DNA of 64,000 bases from an uncultured cyanobacterium (GTDB lineage: Bacteria; Cyanobacteriota; Cyanobacteriia; Phormidesmidales; Phormidesmidaceae), in assembly GCA_963793265.1 (NCBI GenBank), contig CAWBZI010000001.1:1760001-1824000 (forward strand). The letters run 5' to 3'. Positions 29,478 through 41,049 of this stretch are shown piece after piece (position 1 is the first letter of the stretch; each line of letters opens with the position of its first letter). The position numbers were made by a program, and so were the translations under genes. Below the pieces are notes generated by a model that was given only the letters and a program-made list of their open reading frames with translations, had not been told where the DNA came from and ran no database searches.

Positions 29478-30308
29478 TCACATTTCTCTAGGAACAGAGC
29501 GACGGTACATTTCGCACAGGTGGGCAATCACGTCAATCAGGGTCAGGCGATAGTCAGATAAAACGTCGTCGTTGCGTCCTTCTAACTGTAGCTGCTTAGA
29601 AAAATCATCTATCAGCTCCATATGAATCTCGACAATTTTGGGCACTGACATGTCCGCAAAAAAGGCCACATTAACAAAATCATCAATCTGCTGGTTGATA
29701 GTCGAATCGCTGACGAAATAATTCAAGATGATGTGGCGATAGTCTTCGCGCAGTTTGTCTAAAAACTCTTCGCGCTCAGGGGCACTCATATTTCGTAAAA
29801 AATTTCTCGGGGTGCGCTTGTAATACACGCCTGCATAGCCTAGCCGCTCGCTGAGTTTTTCGGTCAGTCGCTGCTGCTGCAAGCTCAGCAAAAACAGACG
29901 CTTGTCGGCGCTGCTTTCATCAGAGCTAGCTCTGCCCTCAGTAGGAATTTGCAAATAAAGCTCGACAGCTTTACGAATCGCTTCATTCATGCCATCTGGA
30001 TTGCCGACATCCAGAGCGGTGACAGCTTCATGATAGGAGGAGGCCGCTGACTGTAGAGGTTCCCCTACCGTCAAGGCAGGCAAAAGGATGTCGCGCTGCT
30101 TGAGATCGTCTAGCGTGGCTAGCGATTCTTCTGACGATTGCACGATCAGGCAGTCGATGCGGTGACGATTATTAATGACCCAGTTGCCAAAATCTGAAGC
30201 CGACTGACTCCAGCTCACCACGAAACTTTGCTGAGAAAGCAGCTGATGGAGAGAACCAGCCAGGGACTCAGTGGGAACGAACACACCAATGAGAAACTGT
30301 GCAGACAA
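29478..30308 (-). CDS. kaiA: Circadian clock protein KaiA
   Basis: Pseudo-receiver N-terminus, RLGYAGVYYKR, DYRLTLIDVIAHLCEMYRRS. Confidence 0.96.
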   Translation of the reverse strand: MSAQFLIGVFVPTESLAGSLHQLLSQQSFVVSWSQSASDFGNWVINNRHRIDCLIVQSSEESLATLDDLKQRDILLPALTVGEPLQSAASSYHEAVTALDVGNPDGMNEAIRKAVELYLQIPTEGRASSDESSADKRLFLLSLQQQRLTEKLSERLGYAGVYYKRTPRNFLRNMSAPEREEFLDKLREDYRHIILNYFVSDSTINQQIDDFVNVAFFADMSVPKIVEIHMELIDDFSKQLQLEGRNDDVLSDYRLTLIDVIAHLCEMYRRSVPREM

Positions 30309-30540
30309 AAGATTTTCTTAAAAGTAACGCTAGTGTTGAACCTGAGCGATCGCAATATATCTCGTAAATACAGTTCGCCTGACAGCGACATTACGAAACT
30401 TTGCCTTGTATGTTTTATTACGAAGTTATCTATCAAAGCTAATTATATAGTCTGACAGACCGATTGCAGCCGAAAGTTCTAAAAGGTGGTTTAACCGTCA
30501 GAAGCGCTAGATTGAGGTGTTGATGGTTTGGGTTTTAAAG

Positions 30541-30927
30541 ATGCGTAGCTGGCAAGGTTTTTTGAGAAAAGGCGTAGGCGCTTGTTTGGTGTGGATAGTT
30601 GCGATCGCGCTCATCATCCAACCTGTCCTAGCCGATCCCCTGATCGAACCTGCCCCCACAGAACCAGTCATCACAGAACCCACTGGCGCAGCGCTCTTTA
30701 GCGCCAACTGCGCGGCCTGTCATGCGGGCGGTGGCAATATTATTCGGCGGGGCAAGAACCTGAAGCAGCGGGCGATGAAGCGCAATGGGTTTGGAGAAGT
30801 GGGTGCGATCGCTTCAATTGTGACTAAAGGAAAAGGCGCGATGCCTGCGTTTGCTGACAGGTTAACCGGAGATGAGATTGAGGCGATTGCGCAGTACGTC
30901 CATGAGCAATCAGAGGCAGGCTGGTGA
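30541..30927 (+). CDS. petJ: Cytochrome c6-like protein (c6B/c6C type)
   Basis: Signal peptide, CAACH, GGNIIRRGKNLK, GKGAMPAF; start uncertain. Confidence 0.85.
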   Translation: MRSWQGFLRKGVGACLVWIVAIALIIQPVLADPLIEPAPTEPVITEPTGAALFSANCAACHAGGGNIIRRGKNLKQRAMKRNGFGEVGAIASIVTKGKGAMPAFADRLTGDEIEAIAQYVHEQSEAGW

Positions 30928-30928
30928 A

Positions 30929-33900
30929 TTACGCACTAAAGTACTTCGCCGCCCGGTGATACGTCACAATCGCCGTGGTCGATTGCTCAGGATAAAGCTG
31001 CTCGCTCTCATCCATATGCATTCCAATCTTCTCAACCTCTAGCAAATCAAGCTGCTTGGGCTGATCCTGCATATTTGGGCAGGCCGGATAGCCAAAGCTA
31101 TAGCGCGATCCCTGATAGCGCTGCGCCAAAATATTGCGAATGCCCTCCGGCTCCTGATCGCCATAGCCCAGCTCAATTCTCACCTTCTGGTGAATCCACT
31201 CCGCCAGCGCCTCAGCCATCTGCACCGCCAGGCCGTGATAGTACAAGTAATCGGTGTAGTTATCAGCCGCAAACAGCTTAGCCGCATACTCAGTCGCCAC
31301 TTCGCCCATCGTCACTGCCTGCATCGGGAATACGTCATACTCTCCCGGCTTCGCTTTGTCCTTGGGCAAAAAGAAGTCAGCAATGCACAAGCGCCGCATC
31401 GAACGCTGACGCGGAAACTCAAACGAGGTCACAGGTTCAGAAGGCTTGCCTGCTTGAGCAGCTTTCCAGTCGTACACATATACCGTATTGCCTTCCGCTA
31501 GACAGGGAAAGTAGCCATACACCAGCTTCGGATCGAGTAAATTCTCATCTACAATCCGCTGCTTCCACTCCGTCAAAATCGGCGTCACCTTCTCCGATAA
31601 GAAAGCGTCGTACTCCTCGCGCGACTGCCCTTTAGGCTTACGGAACTGCCACTGCCCGGCTACTAACGCCTGCATATCTAAATAGTCAAACAAATCAGCA
31701 ACCGGAATATCCTCTGCTGTGAGCACCTTTGGCCCCCAGAACGGCGGTGCAGGGCGCTCAATATCTATCGCCACATCATCAGAGCGGCGCGTATCAATCA
31801 CTACGGGCTCATCGGCTGCGATTTCTTCAAGCTCAGGCGCGTTATTCACCGCGACCCTAGCGGCCTTATTCATCGGATGGTCTTCAGCAAACCCGCCGAG
31901 GTTATCCCATTGGCCTTCCTTTTTAGCGGGCATCAGCGCGTCCATAAAGTTCAGGTCGGCAAAGGCATCCTTACCGTAAATCACTTGCCCGTTATACACG
32001 TTCTGACAGTCTTCATTGACAAACTTCGGCGTCAGCGCCGCACCCCCTAAAATCACCGGCACATCAATCCCATGCTCATTAAACCGAGCCAGGTTGTCTT
32101 TCATAAAGGCCGTAGACTTCACCAGCAGGCCGCTCATAGCGATGCAGTCGGCCTGGTGCTCGTTGTAGGCCGCGATGATGTTGTCTACCGGCTGCTTAAT
32201 GCCGATATTCACCACCTTGTAGCCGTTGTTAGACAAAATAATGTCTACGAGGTTTTTGCCAATATCGTGCACGTCGCCTTTCACGGTGGCAATTACCACA
32301 ACGCCTTTGCCGGTATCGTCCGCCTCGTCCTTGTCCATAAAGGGCTCTAGATAGGCGACCGCTGCCTTCATGGTTTGGGCAGATTGCAGCACAAACGGAA
32401 GCTGCATTTGACCCGAGCCAAACAGTTCACCAACTACTTTCATGCCGTCTAGCAAAAAGACGTTCACAATATCTAGCGGTGGATACTGCTCTAGAGCTTT
32501 AGCGAGCTGATCTTCTAAACCAATGCGCTCGCCGTCGATGATGTGACGCTTGAGCTTTTCTTCGAGCGGCAGATTTTCGTCCTGGCTCGTGCGGAGCTGC
32601 TTAGTGCTTTTGCCCGCAAACAGCGTCGTGAGTTCGCCTAGCGGATCGTAGGTGCAGGCGTCGCCTTCAAACTCGCGGTTGTCGTAAATTAGGTCGCGGC
32701 AAATCTTCTGGTGTTCAGGCTCAATCTTCGCTAGCGGCAGAATTTTACTGGCGCTGACGATTGCGCCGTCCATGCCAACGGCCATCGCTTCGTTGAGGAA
32801 GACTGAGTTGAGAACAACCCGTGAGGCCGGGTTGAGGCCAAACGATGCGTTAGAAACGCCCAGCATAATGTGACAGCCCGGCAGATTCTCGCGAATCATT
32901 TTGATGGCTTTGATGGTTTCTTTGGCGTTTACTCTGTCTTCTTCAATGCCTGTAGAGATGGGGAGTACGAGCGTGTCAAAGAAGAGTTCGTAAGGAGGAA
33001 AGCCGTATTCGAGGGCGTCGCGATAGGCGCGTTGGGCGATCGCAAACTTTTTCTCAGCCGTCCGCGCCATCCCATCTTCATCAATGGTGCCAATCACCAC
33101 GCCCGCGCCATAGCGCTTAGCAATCTCAAGCACCTTAAAAAAGCGCTCATCGCCGTCTTCGTAGTTCGTCGAGTTGAGAATGCACTTACCGCCCGCTACC
33201 TTCAGCCCGGCCTCCATTTTCTCCCACTCGGTTGAGTCAAGCATCAGCGGCAGGGTAATATTTGTGACCAGTCGGGATACCAGCTCGCGCATATCGCGTT
33301 CGCCATCGCGGCCTACATAATCTACGTTCACATCCAGCACGTGCGCGCCTTCTTTCACCTGCGCTTTAGCCAGGGCCACTAGCCCGTCCCAGTCTTCAGC
33401 ATTGAGCATTTCGCGACACTTTTTAGAGCCGCTGGCGTTCAGGCGTTCGCCTACGATTAAAAATGAGTTGTCTTGTTCGTAGGGCTGCGGGCTGTAGATA
33501 GAGGCGGCAGAAGGGATGTAAGGAAGTTCGCCGTAGGGAGGCAGGGCCGCGCGATCGCCCACTTCTCTCTCTTTAGGCTTCAGGTCTTTTGAGAGTTCGG
33601 CAAGCTGTTGAATATGGTCGGTGCGCGTACCGCAGCAGCCGCCGATTACCTGCACGCCCAAATCTTCAACAAAGTGCATGAGCTGCATTCTCAGCTCCAT
33701 CGGCGTTAGGCGGTAATGGGCCTGACCGCCCACGTTTTCAGGCAGGCCCGCGTTAGGAATGCAGGACACCATGAAGGGCGAATTCTCAGAGAGATATTGA
33801 ATATGCTCCTTCATTTCAGTCGGGCCAGTCGCACAGTTCAGGCCCAAAATATCAATTGGGTACGGCTCTAAAATCGTCAGCGCCGCGCTAATTTCTGAGC

Positions 33901-34516
33901 CCACCAGCATCGTGCCAAAGGCTTCTACCGTTACCGATACCATCAGCGGCAGTCGCACCTGCTTTTTCTCAAAAATCTCTTCTACCGCCGTCAGCACCGC
34001 CTTAATTTGCAGCACGTCCTGGCAAGTCTCAGCCAAAATCAAATCTACGCCGCCGTCGATGAGCCCTTCTACCTGTTCTAGATAGGCGGTTCTGAGCGAG
34101 TCAAAGTCAATGTGGCCGAGCGTCGGCAGCTTGGTACCAGGGCCAATGGAACCTGCGACAAAGCGAGGCTTTTCAGGAGTGGAATAGTCGTCGGCTGCTT
34201 TACGCGCTAGCTCAGCGGCTTTTTTGTTGAGTTCGTAGGCGCGATCGCTCAAGTCATACTCAGCGAGCACCAGCGCCGTACCGCCAAACGTATCGGTTTC
34301 AATCACATCCGCGCCCGCTTCCAAAAAGCTGCGGTGCACCTTATCTACAGCTTCAGGCTTCGTCGCTACCAAATATTCGTTGCAGCCCTCGTAGGTTTCG
34401 CCGCCAAAGTCTGCTGCCGTTAGCTCCTGCATTTGCAAGGAAGTGCCCATTGCGCCATCAAAAACGAGGACAGGGCGTTCAGGACTTTTTAAACGATCTA
34501 GAAACAGACTTTTCAT
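30929..34516 (-). CDS. metH: Cobalamin-dependent methionine synthase
   Basis: [45 protein letters not shown]. Confidence 0.98.
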   Translation of the reverse strand: MKSLFLDRLKSPERPVLVFDGAMGTSLQMQELTAADFGGETYEGCNEYLVATKPEAVDKVHRSFLEAGADVIETDTFGGTALVLAEYDLSDRAYELNKKAAELARKAADDYSTPEKPRFVAGSIGPGTKLPTLGHIDFDSLRTAYLEQVEGLIDGGVDLILAETCQDVLQIKAVLTAVEEIFEKKQVRLPLMVSVTVEAFGTMLVGSEISAALTILEPYPIDILGLNCATGPTEMKEHIQYLSENSPFMVSCIPNAGLPENVGGQAHYRLTPMELRMQLMHFVEDLGVQVIGGCCGTRTDHIQQLAELSKDLKPKEREVGDRAALPPYGELPYIPSAASIYSPQPYEQDNSFLIVGERLNASGSKKCREMLNAEDWDGLVALAKAQVKEGAHVLDVNVDYVGRDGERDMRELVSRLVTNITLPLMLDSTEWEKMEAGLKVAGGKCILNSTNYEDGDERFFKVLEIAKRYGAGVVIGTIDEDGMARTAEKKFAIAQRAYRDALEYGFPPYELFFDTLVLPISTGIEEDRVNAKETIKAIKMIRENLPGCHIMLGVSNASFGLNPASRVVLNSVFLNEAMAVGMDGAIVSASKILPLAKIEPEHQKICRDLIYDNREFEGDACTYDPLGELTTLFAGKSTKQLRTSQDENLPLEEKLKRHIIDGERIGLEDQLAKALEQYPPLDIVNVFLLDGMKVVGELFGSGQMQLPFVLQSAQTMKAAVAYLEPFMDKDEADDTGKGVVVIATVKGDVHDIGKNLVDIILSNNGYKVVNIGIKQPVDNIIAAYNEHQADCIAMSGLLVKSTAFMKDNLARFNEHGIDVPVILGGAALTPKFVNEDCQNVYNGQVIYGKDAFADLNFMDALMPAKKEGQWDNLGGFAEDHPMNKAARVAVNNAPELEEIAADEPVVIDTRRSDDVAIDIERPAPPFWGPKVLTAEDIPVADLFDYLDMQALVAGQWQFRKPKGQSREEYDAFLSEKVTPILTEWKQRIVDENLLDPKLVYGYFPCLAEGNTVYVYDWKAAQAGKPSEPVTSFEFPRQRSMRRLCIADFFLPKDKAKPGEYDVFPMQAVTMGEVATEYAAKLFAADNYTDYLYYHGLAVQMAEALAEWIHQKVRIELGYGDQEPEGIRNILAQRYQGSRYSFGYPACPNMQDQPKQLDLLEVEKIGMHMDESEQLYPEQSTTAIVTYHRAAKYFSA

Positions 34517-34624
34517 AGCAGCAGCGCAGTTTGGAAAAGGACAAGCAAAAAAACTTAAGAAAAGCTCAACTGTAAAGCTATTGTTATTATTACTAAAAAT
34601 CCACACACTGCCCTAACTCACGGC

Positions 34625-35116
34625 ATGAGTGCGATCGCTGTTTGCATATCAACTTCGCTCATAGGATCGATAGCCCCCATGAACGGTCTACTCCCCGGAA
34701 TGCTCCGCAGCGTGCACCACGTCGCGCTGAACGTAAAAGACATGCAGGCCGCCTGCGACTTCTACGGCAACACGTTGGGCCTGCACCGACTCGTGGGCGA
34801 CGAAGTACCTAAAACCCTCGTCACCTTAGTAGCCGAAGGCAAAGTCACAAACTTCCGCACCCCCGACGGCACCATTCTCGACCTCTTTTGGACACCTGAT
34901 TTAAACGCGCCCGATGCCGATCCGAAAAAGGGCTTCACTCGCGCTGAACATCTCGCCTTTGACATTGAGCCTGAGCAGTTCGATCAGGCGATGAGCTTAC
35001 TCACACAGGCCGGAATTGACTTCAACGGGCCAATTGTCAGGCCCACCGGGCGAGGCATTTACTTCTATGACCCCGATGGGTTCATGGTCGAAGTTCGCTG
35101 CAATCCCCAAGGCTAG
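34625..35116 (+). CDS. VOC/glyoxalase-family protein
   Basis: VHHVALNV, EHLAF, YFYDPDGFMVE; start may be 34679. Confidence 0.88.
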   Translation: MSAIAVCISTSLIGSIAPMNGLLPGMLRSVHHVALNVKDMQAACDFYGNTLGLHRLVGDEVPKTLVTLVAEGKVTNFRTPDGTILDLFWTPDLNAPDADPKKGFTRAEHLAFDIEPEQFDQAMSLLTQAGIDFNGPIVRPTGRGIYFYDPDGFMVEVRCNPQG

Positions 35117-35148
35117 ACACGCTGAATTTAGACCCTACGCTAGACCCT

Positions 35149-36648
35149 TTGGATCAATCAACAACGCCGCTTATTAGCGCCCTACAGCACTGTGCGAATC
35201 GCGCAAGCGCACCTTTTCATACCCCAGGCCACAAGAGAGGCCAGGGCATTTCTGAGCGGCACCGGCAGCTATTTGGTGACAAAGCCTTTCGCGCCGATCT
35301 ACCCGAACTTCCTGACTTGGACAATCTATTCGCGCCTGAAGGCGTTATTCTTCAAGCGCAACAGCTTGCCGCTGAAGCCTTTGGAGCCGAGCAAACTTGG
35401 TTCTTAGCAAACGGTTCTACCTGCGGCATCGAAGCAGCGATTCTAGCCACCTGTGGGCCTGGTGAAAAGATTATTCTGCCGCGTAACGTTCATAGCTCGG
35501 CTATTTCTGGGATGGTTTTGTCAGGCGCAGTCCCGGTCTATGTGCAACCTCAATACAGTCATGATTGGGACTTAACGCTGGGCGTTGATCCTGTTGATAT
35601 TGAGCGATCGCTTATAGACCATCCAGACGCCAAAGCGGTTCTGATTGTTTCACCAACCTATCACGGGTTTTGTTCAAATTTAGAGGCGATCGCGCATCTC
35701 ACCCACGCCTACAACCTGCCGCTCATCGTAGACGAAGCCCACGCCCCACATTTTGCCTTTCATCCTGACTTTCCAACTTCAGCGATCACGGCCACCGCAG
35801 ATATTGTCATCCAGTCGGCGCACAAGGTCTTAAGCGCCTTTACACAGGCCGCTTTGCTGCACGTGCAAGGAGAACGGATTGATCGCGATCGCCTCACCCA
35901 ATCCCTACAGCTCACCCAGTCCACTAGCCCCAGCTATTTACTACTCGGATCGCTAGATGCTGCCCGTCATCAGATGGCGACACAGGGGTTTGCGCTGATG
36001 GAACAGACCTTGGCTTTAGCCGATCGCGCTAGCCGAGAACTCAGTGAGATAGAAGGGCTGAGTGTGTTTCGACCCGGCGCAGATGCGGGAATTGGGGCGA
36101 GGATTTTAGGCGATCGCACCCGTCTCACCGTAGACGTATCGGCCTTAAACCTCACAGGATTCGAGGCCGACGACATCCTTCACAGCCGCTTTCACGTCAC
36201 CGCCGAACTCCCGACCCTACGGCACCTGATGTTCATCATTTCACTGGGCAACACGGATAGCGACATCACTCAGCTCGTCGAAAGCTTCCGTCAGCTCAGC
36301 CAGCTTTCAGCTTCCAGAAAACCAATTACAGATATCCATAAAAACGCTCGTCTTTACCCCAGTGAAAACGTGTTCGAGCCGGGAACAGAGCGTAGTCATA
36401 GCCCGCGACAGGCATTCTTCGCGCCCAAACATCCCGTTCCTATCGCTCAAGCCGTCGGCCATATCTGCGCCGAAACCATCTGCCCCTATCCGCCCGGCAT
36501 TCCGACCCTGTTTCCTGGCGAACCGATTACCGAAAGTGCGATCGCCTACCTCCAACACATTCAAAGCGCGGGCGGCATCATCACCGGCTGTCGCGATTCG
36601 AGTCTAGAAACAATCTTGGTAATCACCGACCGGCCCACCACAGGCTGA
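35149..36648 (+). CDS. Orn/Lys/Arg decarboxylase-family PLP enzyme
   Basis: FHTPGHK, NGSTCG, VDEAH, QSAHK, STSPSY, PYPPGIP. Confidence 0.92.
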   Translation: MDQSTTPLISALQHCANRASAPFHTPGHKRGQGISERHRQLFGDKAFRADLPELPDLDNLFAPEGVILQAQQLAAEAFGAEQTWFLANGSTCGIEAAILATCGPGEKIILPRNVHSSAISGMVLSGAVPVYVQPQYSHDWDLTLGVDPVDIERSLIDHPDAKAVLIVSPTYHGFCSNLEAIAHLTHAYNLPLIVDEAHAPHFAFHPDFPTSAITATADIVIQSAHKVLSAFTQAALLHVQGERIDRDRLTQSLQLTQSTSPSYLLLGSLDAARHQMATQGFALMEQTLALADRASRELSEIEGLSVFRPGADAGIGARILGDRTRLTVDVSALNLTGFEADDILHSRFHVTAELPTLRHLMFIISLGNTDSDITQLVESFRQLSQLSASRKPITDIHKNARLYPSENVFEPGTERSHSPRQAFFAPKHPVPIAQAVGHICAETICPYPPGIPTLFPGEPITESAIAYLQHIQSAGGIITGCRDSSLETILVITDRPTTG

Positions 36649-36721
36649 TACGATCCGAACTTTAAGCTCATACACCAGCACACACTGTTCATCTCAAATA
36701 CTCCTCGCCTTCTTCCTTTGT

Positions 36722-37318
36722 ATGTCTGCACTTTGGCCCTACGTGACTCCCGGCATTCCCGACCGGCTCTTTCAGCAGCTACCGGGCATCCCACTCACCC
36801 AAAGAGAAGTGCGCTTGCTCGTCATCGGCTGCCTGCGGCTAAAAGCAGACGCCCATCTGTGGGACATTGGCGCAGGTACGGGCACCGTGGCAATTGAGGC
36901 CGCTCTGCTGTGCCCCCAGGGCAAAATTACCGCCGTAGAGCGAGACGAAGAAGTCGCGACCCTGATTAAGACAAACTGCGATCGCTTCTCAGTGACCAAC
37001 GTCAACGTCATCGCAGGCAACGCGCCCGAATGCCTCAACCATATTCAGGGCACCCCAAGCTGCATTTTGATTGAAGGTGCACCCTTGCAAACCACGCTCG
37101 AAGCCGCCGCTGTAAAACTCGCTATCGGTGGCCGCATCGTCGTTACAGCCAATAACTTAGAAGCGCTCTACACCGCTCGAGAAACCTTTGCCGCCCTGCA
37201 CTTGCGCAACATCGAAGTCGCTCAGCCCGCCGTCAACCGCCTGGAAACGAGAGGAAACCGTCAGGTTTTCGCCGCCGTTGATCCTATCTTCATTATCAGC
37301 GGCGACAAGCTCGAATAA
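36722..37318 (+). CDS. cbiT: Precorrin-6Y C15-methyltransferase subunit
   Basis: GIPD..F, PLTQREVR, WDIGAGTG, AVER. Confidence 0.9.
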   Translation: MSALWPYVTPGIPDRLFQQLPGIPLTQREVRLLVIGCLRLKADAHLWDIGAGTGTVAIEAALLCPQGKITAVERDEEVATLIKTNCDRFSVTNVNVIAGNAPECLNHIQGTPSCILIEGAPLQTTLEAAAVKLAIGGRIVVTANNLEALYTARETFAALHLRNIEVAQPAVNRLETRGNRQVFAAVDPIFIISGDKLE

Positions 37319-37626
37319 ATCTATGAAGGAGCCGCGAAGCTCATACGGCGCTTTATCTCAAGATTGTGCTTTTAATCTCAGAGCACGTAGATATACTGAG
37401 TACGAAACAGTCGTGCCTTTGAACGAGATAAAGCGCGTTTCTACTTAAAAACGTGCTTTTGATACGCGTAAACAGACCGATAAAGACTGTTTAAAGATGT
37501 CGACACACTGTTTGCTGTTAAAAATTTGGCGTGCTCAAATTACGTATGCAGTATTTTTACGGTTCGCGTATCTAGCCTGGTACACGTGTACCTAATACGG
37601 TTCATCTTCCCAACTTGGTTCCCTTC

Positions 37627-39579
37627 ATGCCCAGTTCTGAACAGCTCAGCAGCTCAGAGATAGGATCCATCACCCTCTGTCAGCCGTCCGCCCGTCTTAG
37701 TGAGATGCACTCTGAGATGCACTCTGAGATGCACTCGCACCAGCCGCTCGCGCCATCACCAGCCATTCCATCACAGGCCATCTCATCAGAGCCCGTGCAA
37801 ACTATCCCACAAACGATCGACATCACCATCGCAATCCCGACCTACAACGGTGCCGCTAAGCTGCCGCTAGTGCTTGACCGATTGCGATCGCAGCTCAACC
37901 CAGACGGTATCAACTGGGAAATCATCGTGTGCGACAACGTAAGCACCGACGACACCCGCGAAGTCGTTCGCCACTATCAAAAAAACTGGCCCGCTCAGTA
38001 CCCGCTTCACTACTGCTTTGCCGCCGAACAAGGCGCTGCGTTTGCTAGGCAGTACGCCGTAAATATTGCAACCGGCGACATCATCGCCTTTTTAGACGAC
38101 GACAATCTACCGGCTGAAGACTGGATCGCCCAGGCTTATCGCTTCGCCCAAGTGCACCCCAAAGCAGGCGCATTCGGCTCTCAAATCCACGGCAAGTTTG
38201 AAACTGAGCTGCCCGCCGACCTCAAAGGTATTGAATGCTTTCTGGCAATTATCGAACGCGGCGAAAAGCCTCATCTATACGAGCCTTCTACTAAAATGCT
38301 GCCGCCTGCCGCTGGGCTAGTCGTTCGCAAACAAGCCTGGCTGAGCGCGGTTCCTCCTCGACTGTTTCTTAACAACAAAGGCAAGGAAGCCGGGCTCGCC
38401 AGTGAGGATCTAGAGGCCAATCTATACATTCAAAAAGCAGGCTGGGAAGTTTGGTACAACCCTGCGATGGTGGTGTATCACGACATTCCGAACGTCCGCC
38501 TGCAAAAGCAATACTTAATGACGCTGCTCAAATGCGTGGGCCTCAGCCGCTTTCATATTCGGATGCTAGGGATTCAGACCTGGAAAAAGCCGTTCTTCAT
38601 CCCAGCCTACATTGCCAACGACTTTCGTCAGCTCGTGCTACACCGGCTACGTCACGGCGCAACCGCTCAGCTCAACACCTTAGAAAGCTGTCAGCGATCG
38701 CTTCTCACCAGCACCGTCGCCAGCCCTTTATTCCTCTTGCGCAAAGTCTACCGAGACAGTATCGAGTCTCGCCAAGACCGACAGCATAGCGATCGCGCCC
38801 AATGGCTCGCCATCATCGCCAAAGCCTTTGAAAACGACCAGTTTGCGCTCTATCAGCAGCCCGTTATTCAAGTAGGCCAGCACAGCGATCCATCAAGTTC
38901 AGGCCAAAAAGAGCTACTGCTGCGACTGTGCAACGACCAAAACGAATACGTCTTGCCCAGTAGCTTCCTACCCACAGCCAAGCGCTACGGCCTCATGCGT
39001 ACGATTGACCGCTGGGTGATTCGCCATCTGTTTAACTGGGTGGCCCGCCAAAGCCATCAGCCTTCGTTTGCAAAAGCTCTTTTGCAGCAGGGTTCCTCTC
39101 CGCTATATTCCATCAACTTATCTGCCGAAAGCATTCAAGACCGTAGCCTGATCGGCTTCATCGCTGACAAAATAACGGCTGCTAACTTGCCACCTGGCCT
39201 GTTTTGCTTTGAGATCGCAGCTAAGAATGTGATCGCGCTGCCCAGCCAAACCCGCGAGCTGGCAACCGCCCTCCATCAGATCGGCTGTCAGGTCACCCTA
39301 GATGATGTGGCCTTCAGCCAAAGTGCCACGTTCAGCCGCGAAATCACCGAGATCATTGATCATCTGCCGATTGACTACATCAAGCTAAATTCTGAGCGAA
39401 TGGGTGATCGTGAAATGGCAGGTAAAGGGGCGTGGGCTCAGATCAGGGCGCTGGTGAACAACCGGCCCGTGCAGGCGATCGCCAAAGGCATAGAGTCTCA
39501 GGCCACGCTCGAAGCCGTACAGGCGCAGGGCATTCGCTACGCCCAAGGCTACCAAACCGGACGCCCTCAGCTCTTATAA
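37627..39579 (+). CDS. HpsE-like GT2 glycosyltransferase fused to an EAL domain
   Basis: AIPTYNGA, QGAAFAR, FLDDDN, LPPAAGLVVRK, SEDLE; C-terminal YQQP, ELLLR, SINLS, FEI, AQGY; start uncertain. Confidence 0.88.
   Translation: MPSSEQLSSSEIGSITLCQPSARLSEMHSEMHSEMHSHQPLAPSPAIPSQAISSEPVQTIPQTIDITIAIPTYNGAAKLPLVLDRLRSQLNPDGINWEIIVCDNVSTDDTREVVRHYQKNWPAQYPLHYCFAAEQGAAFARQYAVNIATGDIIAFLDDDNLPAEDWIAQAYRFAQVHPKAGAFGSQIHGKFETELPADLKGIECFLAIIERGEKPHLYEPSTKMLPPAAGLVVRKQAWLSAVPPRLFLNNKGKEAGLASEDLEANLYIQKAGWEVWYNPAMVVYHDIPNVRLQKQYLMTLLKCVGLSRFHIRMLGIQTWKKPFFIPAYIANDFRQLVLHRLRHGATAQLNTLESCQRSLLTSTVASPLFLLRKVYRDSIESRQDRQHSDRAQWLAIIAKAFENDQFALYQQPVIQVGQHSDPSSSGQKELLLRLCNDQNEYVLPSSFLPTAKRYGLMRTIDRWVIRHLFNWVARQSHQPSFAKALLQQGSSPLYSINLSAESIQDRSLIGFIADKITAANLPPGLFCFEIAAKNVIALPSQTRELATALHQIGCQVTLDDVAFSQSATFSREITEIIDHLPIDYIKLNSERMGDREMAGKGAWAQIRALVNNRPVQAIAKGIESQATLEAVQAQGIRYAQGYQTGRPQLL
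37701..37736 (+). repeat. 12-bp tandem repeat x3 encoding SEMH
   Basis: tgagatgcactc repeated three times. Confidence 0.9.
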
Positions 39580-39772
39580 GCTTTATATATTACAAGTTCG
39601 TCTTCACAAGCTTATTTTCGCAAACTTAAATAATCCTTAGTCAGCGTGAACATTGCGTAAACCCCAGCGCATTTCAATCGCTTTCTCGGCAACATCGCTT
39701 AATTTATGAAGCAAGTAGCGTCAGTAAATATACGGCTCGGCGCTGGTGTTCTTTTTTTAGGTGAGTTGCCCC

Positions 39773-40987
39773 ATGAAGATTCTAATGCTGGCACCGCATC
39801 CTTTCTATCAGCCACGAGGCACGCCGATCGCAGCTAACTTAGTGTTAAGAGTACTTTCTGAGCGCGGCGAACAGGTCGATATGGTGACCTTTCCTGAAGG
39901 CAGCGACGTTGACTATCCAGGCGTCACCATTCACCGTACGCCCGCGCTCAAAATCGTCGAAAACATCCGCCCCGGCTTTTCAGTTAAGAAAATTATCTGC
40001 GACGTGTTTCTGCTAGCGCGCGCCTTCCAACTCGCCAAGCGCAACCAGTACGACCTCATCCATGCCGGGGAAGAGGCAGTTTTCATTGCGCTCTTGCTCA
40101 AAAAGCTGCTGGGCATTCCCTATGTCTACGACATGGACTCTTCGCTCGTTCAGCAGCTTATGGACAAGCATCCGCGCGTTCGCTGGGTGAAAAAGCTGCT
40201 TCAGGCTTGCGAAGGTGTTGCAGTTAGAAACGCGAATGCAGTGCTAGCCGTATGTGAAGCGCTCAGAACTGAAATTCAGCCCTATCGGCCTAGAAAAGTT
40301 GACATCATTCCTGATATTTCACTACTCAACGATACGAGTGCGAGCCTTCAGAATGATACAGAGCACCTGAAGTCTCAGTTTCAGATTGAAGGCGTGATGC
40401 TGATGTATGTTGGCAACTTGGAGCGCTATCAGGGTATAGACTTACTGCTGGCTAGTTTTGCAAAAGCTTTGAAGTCTAAGCCGGACGCGCATTTAGTGGC
40501 GATTGGTGGCAATGCGGATGATGTTCAAAAGTATCAGGCGCAGGCGCAGGCTTTGGGGGTGAGCGATCGCATCCATTTCATCGGCCCCCGCCCCATTGCC
40601 AAGCTCAAGCACTACCTCGCTCAGGCCGACATTGTTGTATCGCCACGAACCCAGGGCAACAACACGCCAATGAAGCTCTATTCCTACTTGGACAGCGGCA
40701 AAGCGTTACTGGCTACCGACCTCACTACGCATACTCAAGTGTTGAACGACCGAATCGCGCTATTAGCGAAGCCAGAAGTTGACGCGTTTGCAAAAGGAAT
40801 TGAGCACTTAATTGAGCATCCTGAACTTCGCGCCAGATTAGGCAAAGCGGCTCAGGCATACATTGCGAAGTCTCATACTTACGAAGCCTTTTCGCTTAAG
40901 CTTGCCTCGCTTTACGACTGGGTGAAAAAGGAGCTGCCAGTTAAGGAAGTTGTGCCTGCTAAAGTACCTGCGACGATAGCGCATTAG
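39773..40987 (+). CDS. GT4 glycosyltransferase
   Basis: YVGNLERYQG, TPMKLYSYL, GT-B layout. Confidence 0.9.
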   Translation: MKILMLAPHPFYQPRGTPIAANLVLRVLSERGEQVDMVTFPEGSDVDYPGVTIHRTPALKIVENIRPGFSVKKIICDVFLLARAFQLAKRNQYDLIHAGEEAVFIALLLKKLLGIPYVYDMDSSLVQQLMDKHPRVRWVKKLLQACEGVAVRNANAVLAVCEALRTEIQPYRPRKVDIIPDISLLNDTSASLQNDTEHLKSQFQIEGVMLMYVGNLERYQGIDLLLASFAKALKSKPDAHLVAIGGNADDVQKYQAQAQALGVSDRIHFIGPRPIAKLKHYLAQADIVVSPRTQGNNTPMKLYSYLDSGKALLATDLTTHTQVLNDRIALLAKPEVDAFAKGIEHLIEHPELRARLGKAAQAYIAKSHTYEAFSLKLASLYDWVKKELPVKEVVPAKVPATIAH

Positions 40988-41049
40988 TTCGTGCCTGTTT
41001 GCGTCACATATCGAAATCCACCAGCCACCAGCAACAGGAACCTGTAACC

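Noticed and set aside
34517..34624. Cobalamin or SAM riboswitch upstream of metH
   Set aside because: Short AT-rich gap without recognisable consensus
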